Positions 57,903-64,000 of a DNA stretch of 64,000 nucleotides are shown here, in pieces (the stretch's first letter is position 1; every line of letters starts with the position of its first letter). Source of the stretch: an uncultured delta proteobacterium. GTDB taxonomy: Bacteria; Myxococcota_A; Polyangia; Polyangiales; B10-G4. The notes below the pieces were generated by a model. That model searched no databases, was not told the origin of the DNA, and was given only the letters and a program-made list of their open reading frames with translations. The DNA lies in the NCBI GenBank assembly GCA_963727445.1, contig CAVSGI010000021.1, forward strand, positions 576,001 to 640,000. The letters run 5' to 3'. Made by a program: the position numbers and the translations under genes.

Positions 57903-58053
57903 GGCCCAGGGACCGTCTGGAGCATTTGTCGACCTTTATGCTGTAGAATAAAAGCGCTGTAATAATAGCAGTTTGATAAATTCCACCATTCCCCAGTTGC
58001 AATTCCCTGTCGGAAGACTCAAGTATTAACCCTCTTTTCCGACGAGGGAATTC

Positions 58054-58344
58054 ATGAACGCCGTCTTCGTGGTCACCGCCAACCGCACGTCCGATGGGAG
58101 GGCGGTCTACCTGACCGCCGACCGCCGGTGGACAGAGGCTCTCGTCGAGGCTGGGGCGACCCCGGAGGAAGCGGCGCAGGGCGACGCGCTCCATTGGGCG
58201 CGCACCCAGCAGTACGACGTCTGCGATCCCTACGTGCTCTCGGTGGGAGAGGCGGGTGACGGTCTCTTCGCGACCACCGCGCGCGAGCGCATTCGCGCCA
58301 CCGGGCCCAGCTGGATCGCCCAGCGCTTCGGATACGAGGTCTGA
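58054..58344 (+). CDS. DUF2849 family protein
   Basis: VVTANRTSDGRAVYL...RERIRATGPS; directly upstream of a sulfite reductase gene. Confidence 0.85.
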   Translation: MNAVFVVTANRTSDGRAVYLTADRRWTEALVEAGATPEEAAQGDALHWARTQQYDVCDPYVLSVGEAGDGLFATTARERIRATGPSWIAQRFGYEV

Positions 58345-58346
58345 GC

Positions 58347-60077
58347 ATGTACCAGTACGACGCTCAGGATCTTCGCCTCGTTCGGGAGCGCGCCGCTCAG
58401 TTTCGGGAGCAGGTGCGGCGACGCCTCGCTGGCGAGATCACCGAAGACGAGTTCAAGCCGCTCCGCTTGCAGAACGGCCTCTACATGCAGCTGCACGCGT
58501 ACATGTTGCGCGTCGCCATTCCCTACGGCCTGCTGTCGGCGGCGCAGCTCCGGGTCCTCGCCGAGATCGCGCGGAAGTACGACAAGGGCTACGCCCACTT
58601 CACCACGCGCCAGAACATCCAGTTCAACTGGCCGAAGCTGGAGGACGTTCCGAAGATCCTGCGCGATCTGGCCGACGTGGAGATGCACGCCATCCAGACC
58701 AGCGGCAACTGCATCCGAAACGTGACCAGCGATCCTTTCGCGGGCGTCGCCAAGGACGAGATCGAAGATCCCCGACCCTACTGCGAGCTCTTGCGCCAGT
58801 GGTCGACGTTCCATCCCGAGTTCGCCTTCCTGCCGCGCAAGTTCAAGATCGCGGTGACCGGTGCTCGCCACGACCGCGCCGCCATCGCGGTCCACGACAT
58901 CGGCCTCGCGCTGGTCGAGAACGACGAAGGGGAGGTCGGCTTCAGGGTGTGGGTCGGCGGCGGTCAGGGCCGAACGCCGATCCTCGCGGAGTGCATCCGC
59001 GAGTTCCTCCCCAAGGAGCACCTGCTCAGCTATTGCGAGGCGATCCTCCGCGTCTACAATCGCCTCGGCCGCCGCGACAACAAGTACAAAGCGCGCATCA
59101 AGATCCTCGTGAAGTCGGAGGGCCGAGAGCGCTTCGCCCAGCTCGTCGAAGAGGAGTGGGCGCTGATCCGAGACAGCGGTCTGCGTCTCACCGAGGAGGA
59201 CCTCGCGAAGTTCCGGGCGCACTTCGACGCGCCTCCCTACGCGAAGCTCGAGACCGGGAGCACGCTGGTGGACGCGGCGCTTCTGTCGAAGGACCGCAGC
59301 TTCGCGCAGTGGGCGAGCGCCAACGTGACCGAGCACCGAGTGCCCGGCTACAGCATCGTCGCGCTCTCGCTCAAGACACCCAACCTCCCGCCGGGCGACG
59401 TCACCCATCAGCAGATGGACGCGATCGCCGACCTGGCCGACGAGTTCAGCTTCGGGCGGCTGGTGGTGACCCACCGCCAGAACCTCGTCTTCAGCGACGT
59501 CGAGACCGGGCGCCTCCCCGAGCTGCACCGGCGCCTCGCCGAGCTCGACCTGGCGGCGCCGAACTTCGACAAGGTCACCGACATCATCGCCTGCCCGGGG
59601 CTGGACTACTGCGCCCTGGCCAACGCGCGCTCGATCAACATCGCCGAGGCGATCATCGCCCGCTTCTCCGACGTAGACGAGGTCTACGACATCGGAGACG
59701 TCACCCTCAACATCTCCGGCTGCATCAACGCCTGCGGCCATCACCACGTCGGCAACATCGGAATCCTCGGCATCGACAAGCAGGGCATCGAGCACTACCA
59801 ACTCATGCTCGGCGGCAACCACACCGAGGAGGCAGCGCTCGGGAAGATCCTGGGCCGCGCGCTCACCGAGGACGAGATCGTCGATGCGGTCGAGATCGTC
59901 CTTCGGACCTACGTCTCGCTCCGCACGAGCGACGACGAGACCTTCATCGAGACCCATCGTCGCGTGGGATCCACGCCTTTCAAGGAAGCGGTTTATGGAG
60001 ATCATCAAGGACAAGGCGGTCGTCTCGGACCCGTATCGGCGGATCGACGACTCGACACCTTTGCCGCCGCCGAGTGA
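58347..60077 (+). CDS. cysI: Sulfite/nitrite reductase hemoprotein
   Basis: LRLQNGLY, HFTTRQNIQ, LPRKFKIA, CPGLDYC and ISGCINACG motifs. Confidence 0.92.
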   Translation: MYQYDAQDLRLVRERAAQFREQVRRRLAGEITEDEFKPLRLQNGLYMQLHAYMLRVAIPYGLLSAAQLRVLAEIARKYDKGYAHFTTRQNIQFNWPKLEDVPKILRDLADVEMHAIQTSGNCIRNVTSDPFAGVAKDEIEDPRPYCELLRQWSTFHPEFAFLPRKFKIAVTGARHDRAAIAVHDIGLALVENDEGEVGFRVWVGGGQGRTPILAECIREFLPKEHLLSYCEAILRVYNRLGRRDNKYKARIKILVKSEGRERFAQLVEEEWALIRDSGLRLTEEDLAKFRAHFDAPPYAKLETGSTLVDAALLSKDRSFAQWASANVTEHRVPGYSIVALSLKTPNLPPGDVTHQQMDAIADLADEFSFGRLVVTHRQNLVFSDVETGRLPELHRRLAELDLAAPNFDKVTDIIACPGLDYCALANARSINIAEAIIARFSDVDEVYDIGDVTLNISGCINACGHHHVGNIGILGIDKQGIEHYQLMLGGNHTEEAALGKILGRALTEDEIVDAVEIVLRTYVSLRTSDDETFIETHRRVGSTPFKEAVYGDHQGQGGRLGPVSADRRLDTFAAAE

Positions 60078-60477
60078 GGACGTCTTCGTCTCCTGGGCTC
60101 GCTTCGTCGCCGATCGGGACGCCCTGATCGCGCGCGAAGGGCGCCTCGGCGTCTTGGTTGCCGGCGACATCGACCCCTACGAGCTCGAGGAGGCGCTGCC
60201 CCATCTGGACGCGGTGGCCCTCGAGCTGCCGAAGTTCACCGACGGTCGCGCCTTCACCACCGGCAGGCTCCTCCGGGAGCGCCTCGGATTCGAGGGGGAG
60301 CTCCGGGCGACGGGGCACTTCATCCGCGACCAGGTCTTCTACCTCTCCCGCGTCGGCTTCGACGCCTTCCAGCTCCCCGAGGGCCGCGACCCGCACGACG
60401 CCCTCGCCGCCTTCGAGGAGCTGACGGTGCAATACCAGCCCGCCCTGGACCACTCGGAGCCGAGCTTTCGACGATGA
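59995..60477 (+). CDS. DUF934 family protein
   Basis: PKFTDGRAFT..RLLRER..FEGELRATG...DQ...RVGFDAF. Confidence 0.9.
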   Translation: MEIIKDKAVVSDPYRRIDDSTPLPPPSEDVFVSWARFVADRDALIAREGRLGVLVAGDIDPYELEEALPHLDAVALELPKFTDGRAFTTGRLLRERLGFEGELRATGHFIRDQVFYLSRVGFDAFQLPEGRDPHDALAAFEELTVQYQPALDHSEPSFRR

Positions 60478-61265
60478 GCCCCCGCGGCAGCAGTGAGTCG
60501 GCTTCGCGCGACACCATCCCCCCGGCGGACCTGGCCGAAGAGAGCGCTCTCGATCTGGATGCTCTCAACGCGGACCTGGGCGACGCGCCAGCCGGCCACG
60601 TGGTCCGCTGGGCGGCCGGGCACTTCTCTCGCCGCCTCGCGATCTCGTCCAGTTTCGGCGCCCAGTCGGCGGTGATGCTCCACCTGGTGAGCGTCCACGC
60701 GCCGGGCACGCCGGTGATCCTCGTCGACACGGGCTATCTCTTCCCCGAGACCTACCGCTTCGCGCGCGACCTGACGGAGCGTTTCGATCTCGAGCTCCAC
60801 GTCGTGACGCCGCGGCTCACGGCGGCGCACCAGGAGGCGCTCTACGGACGCCTGTGGGAGCAGGGGGACGAGGGCGTCGCGCAGTACCTGCGGATCAACA
60901 AGGTCGAGCCCATTCAGCGCGCGCTTCGCGACGTGGGCGCGGAGGCCTGGATGGCGGGCCTCAGAGCGCGTCAGACGGAGCACCGTGCGGGCCTCAGGCG
61001 CATCGACGTGCAGGACGGGCGCGTGAAGATCCATCCGATCCTCCACTTCACCAACGCTGACGTCGAGGAGTATCTCGCGCGCCACGACCTGCCCCTGCAT
61101 CCGCTCGTCGCCGAGGGCTATCGCTCCATCGGTGATTGGCACTCGACTCTGCCGACCCTGCCGGGGCAGGACCCGCGCGAGGGCCGGATCCTCGGCAAGA
61201 AGCGCGAGTGCGGCATTCACCTCACGGCTGCCGAGAACGACTCGCTCACTTCGTCCAAGCTCTGA
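60474..61265 (+). CDS. cysH: Phosphoadenylyl-sulfate (PAPS) reductase
   Basis: SSSFG, DTGYLFPETY, INKVEP, GYRSIGDWHST and ECGIH motifs; no Fe-S cysteine pairs. Confidence 0.94.
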   Translation: MSPRGSSESASRDTIPPADLAEESALDLDALNADLGDAPAGHVVRWAAGHFSRRLAISSSFGAQSAVMLHLVSVHAPGTPVILVDTGYLFPETYRFARDLTERFDLELHVVTPRLTAAHQEALYGRLWEQGDEGVAQYLRINKVEPIQRALRDVGAEAWMAGLRARQTEHRAGLRRIDVQDGRVKIHPILHFTNADVEEYLARHDLPLHPLVAEGYRSIGDWHSTLPTLPGQDPREGRILGKKRECGIHLTAAENDSLTSSKL

Positions 61266-61323
61266 GACGAGCTCCTGATCCGGCCGAGACGCAGGGCGTC
61301 ACCCAGGCTCATCGGTGACGCGT

Positions 61324-62145
61324 TCAGACGAAGAAGTCTGGCGCGAGCTCCTGGGACGGATCGACCGCGTATCCCGAGAGATCGGTGACGCCGGCCGACG
61401 CGAGCACCTCGTCATCCACGCAGAAGTTCCCGCTGAACTCCTTGCTGTCGCGGGTGAGGATCACGTGGGCAGCATCGGCCATGATCGAGGGCTTGCGCGA
61501 GCGCTTGGCCACCTCCTCGCCACCGAGGAGGTTTCTCACGGCGGCGGTGTCGATGGTGGTGCGGGGCCACAGCGTGTTGGCCGCGATCCCCTTTTCGCGA
61601 AGCTCGCCGGCCCAGCCGAGGACGCACATGCTCATCCCGAACTTGGCCATGGTGTAGGCGACGTGCGGCGCGAACCACTTCTCCAGCATCTGGAGCGGCG
61701 GTGAGATGTTGAGGATGTGCGCGTTGTCGGACTTGGCCAGGTGGGGGATGCACTTCTGACCGCAGAGGAAGGTTCCGCGGGTGTTGATGGAGTGCATGAG
61801 GTCGTAGCGCTTCATCGGCGTGGTGACCGTGTCGGAGAGCATGATTGCGCTGGCGTTGTTCACCAGGACGTCGATGCCGCCGAACTTCTCGACGGTGGCG
61901 TTGACCGCAGCCTCTACCTGTTCCTCGAAGCGGATGTCGACGATGCAGGGCAGGGCGTTGCCGCCGGCCTTCTCGATCTCTTCACAGGCCGTGTAGACCG
62001 TCCCCTCGAGCTTGGGGTGCGGCTCCGCGGTCTTGGCCGCGACGGCGACGTTGGCGCCGTCCTTTGCTGCGCGGAGCGCGATGGCCTTGCCGATGCCCCG
62101 GCTCGCGCCGGTGATGAAGAGGGTCTTGCCTGCGAGTGTGCTCAT
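61324..62145 (-). CDS. SDR oxidoreductase (HSDL2-like)
   Basis: TGASRGIG, AKTAEPHPKLEGT, NNASAI and YTMAK motifs. Confidence 0.92.
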   Translation of the reverse strand: MSTLAGKTLFITGASRGIGKAIALRAAKDGANVAVAAKTAEPHPKLEGTVYTACEEIEKAGGNALPCIVDIRFEEQVEAAVNATVEKFGGIDVLVNNASAIMLSDTVTTPMKRYDLMHSINTRGTFLCGQKCIPHLAKSDNAHILNISPPLQMLEKWFAPHVAYTMAKFGMSMCVLGWAGELREKGIAANTLWPRTTIDTAAVRNLLGGEEVAKRSRKPSIMADAAHVILTRDSKEFSGNFCVDDEVLASAGVTDLSGYAVDPSQELAPDFFV

Positions 62146-62194
62146 GGCGGCGGAGGATAGCGCCAGGCGGCGCCAGGGGGCCACCGTCCCGTGC

Positions 62195-64000
62195 TCAGGC
62201 CGCGAGCGCTCGTGCCATCGCGAGGGCGGCGAAGAGCACGAGGGCGAGCAGCCCCGCGGTCGCCAGGAAGATGGCGGCGACCCGCTTCCAGAGGGCGCTC
62301 ATGGGCCCGAGGACCAGGAGTCGCGGCGCGTCCAGCACGTGCGTCTTTCCTTCGAGGTGTGCTGTCCCGACGAGGGTCGCGGGGTCTCCCTCTTCGTGAC
62401 GACCCCACAGATGAAGCGTCTCGGTCGCGTTCTCGGTCCGGAGCGGGTAGAGCGTCGCGTCGGTCGTCTCGGTCCGCGCGGCCGGCGCATGGGCGACCGT
62501 CCCGTCGGGGACAATGACGATCACGTCGCCGGGACCCGACACGTCCACGTGTCGCTCGTACCAGCTCTCGTACTGGTTTCGGGTCACCAGGTTTCCCTGA
62601 TCGTCGGTCGTCCGGTAGCTCCCCACGTGCTTGCTGTGGCCCAAACACTTCTCGCGGCGCGTGAAGGTGCCCGGCCCCAGCACTCCGCTGAAGCGCGACG
62701 CCTGTCCCACCATCAGCGCCCGGAGCGCCCGCTTCATGGGGCGCGCTTGGATGCGCCAGAACGAGCCCAATCGAAGGAGCGCGAAGGCGACCGCGGTGAA
62801 TCCGAACCCGAGCGTCGTGGCGTTTCCTTCGTTCTCGAAGCCGACCGCCATCAGCGCGACGAAGACGAATGCGAGGGACGCCATCACGACGAAGAATCCG
62901 TTGAGCATCACCACCGCCCAGGGCGTCTTGACGAGCACCGCGCGGTCCGAGAGGCCGGAGTTCGCGTGGGTGAAAGGCGGGACCGCCCAGATGCGCGCCA
63001 CGAAATCGAGGGCGAGGATCGCGGGTAGACACGCGGCGACGAGGGCGAAGGGGGCTTGTGCAGAGATCCCGGCCCCCGCGACGATGGCAGCGATGATCGC
63101 ACACCCGATCGCGTAGGGGGTCAGCGGGTGGCGCACCGCTTCCGGCTTCGACGTCGGGCGCTTTCGTTCGAAGTGCGCTGGCGCGTGTGCGTCGAGGAGC
63201 GCGTCGAGGCGCGGCGCGTCCGCTTTGGCGATGGCGCTCGCGTGCATCGACGTCGGGGTCTCGCGTGCCCTGTCGCGAAACCCTCCTTCGGTGTGGGATC
63301 CAGTGACCTCGCCGAGAACGACCACGCGGGTCGAGTCGGTGATGCGTCGCCCTTCGAGGATGTGCTCCCCCGGAGGCATCTCCCCCGAAAACGGAGCGAA
63401 GAGGTGGGGGGCGCCTTCGCCGAGGACGTGTGGCTCGCCCCGCTGGCGCTCGAGCGGTGCACCGTAGAGCGTGGTGCGTCCGAGCGTGAGAGACACCTCG
63501 TCACCGTCGTCGAGGCGAAGGACCGGTGAGCCGCCATTTTCGTGAGCGCTGCCGTGCGGCCCGTGAAGCGACGCCTGCACCACGTCGCCCAAGAGCGTCC
63601 CCTCGAGCCGCGTCCATCCACCCGCGGGCGTCCCGGGCGGATACTTCTTCGGCGGGGGCGGCGGCGGTCCGTGCAGCTCGCCCCAGGGCACCGTGAGGAT
63701 CGCGACCGCGTCGATCTGTCGATAGCCGCGGAGCTCGCCGGACAGCCACAGGCGGAGGCGCCTCTTCGGGTCGTCGTTCTGAAAAGGGATGTAGAGGAGC
63801 CGTGCTTCGTCGCCGGCGCTGTGATCGGCGAGACCCTGCCACAGCACGGTGTCGTCCGGCGCTGTCACGCGCACCACCGAGCCGGCCACGTTGGTCTCGA
63901 AGACGGCGAGCGCGCGGGCGACCTCGTGCTCGGGAAAGTCGAGCTCGAGCCACTCGTTGTGGGCGTCGCTCCCCGGGCACCAGGTCTGGTCGCGGTCACC
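62195..64000 (-). CDS. Hypothetical multi-domain membrane protein; 5' end outside the window
   Basis: Frame stays open to the window edge (TWCPGSDAHNEWLELDF...AVFETNVAGSVVRV); several TM segments. Confidence 0.7.
   Translation of the reverse strand, partial: GDRDQTWCPGSDAHNEWLELDFPEHEVARALAVFETNVAGSVVRVTAPDDTVLWQGLADHSAGDEARLLYIPFQNDDPKRRLRLWLSGELRGYRQIDAVAILTVPWGELHGPPPPPPKKYPPGTPAGGWTRLEGTLLGDVVQASLHGPHGSAHENGGSPVLRLDDGDEVSLTLGRTTLYGAPLERQRGEPHVLGEGAPHLFAPFSGEMPPGEHILEGRRITDSTRVVVLGEVTGSHTEGGFRDRARETPTSMHASAIAKADAPRLDALLDAHAPAHFERKRPTSKPEAVRHPLTPYAIGCAIIAAIVAGAGISAQAPFALVAACLPAILALDFVARIWAVPPFTHANSGLSDRAVLVKTPWAVVMLNGFFVVMASLAFVFVALMAVGFENEGNATTLGFGFTAVAFALLRLGSFWRIQARPMKRALRALMVGQASRFSGVLGPGTFTRREKCLGHSKHVGSYRTTDDQGNLVTRNQYESWYERHVDVSGPGDVIVIVPDGTVAHAPAARTETTDATLYPLRTENATETLHLWGRHEEGDPATLVGTAHLEGKTHVLDAPRLLVLGPMSALWKRVAAIFLATAGLLALVLFAALAMARALAA

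Overview
High-GC DNA that looks myxobacterial, most like Polyangiales/Sandaracinaceae. This is inferred from gene content and protein style, not from a database search. The first ~18 kb is mostly housekeeping: rseP, glmU, an ArsA/GET3-like ATPase, ccsA-hemA-hemC, trxA, dut, pnp and rpsO. From ~21 to 49 kb lies an accessory tract rich in secreted and lipid-anchored Cys-rich repeat proteins. It also holds an ECF sigma/FecR-TPR module, a Hint-domain lipoprotein, an orphan TagJ/ImpE-like gene, an M23 peptidase and a GT-C glycosyltransferase. The right end has LytS/LytTR, a CBS protein, a type IIIA P-type H+-ATPase, a cysteine desulfurase, a CglD-like TSP3+VWA lipoprotein and a DUF2849-cysI-DUF934-cysH operon. 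Many genes, including pnp, have apparent frameshifts that most likely reflect assembly indels. No tRNA, rRNA, transposase, phage or CRISPR array was recognised. The most unusual items are a lipoprotein with a non-splicing Hint domain, a 4.4 x 130-bp multi-hairpin array, a 162-nt rod-shaped inverted-repeat element, a ~150-aa Arg/Asp tail on PNPase, a pseudokinase with repeated T-x-x-I/L/V motifs and a shared post-lipobox CGRxG[FY]D motif. None is demonstrated as a new system from sequence alone.
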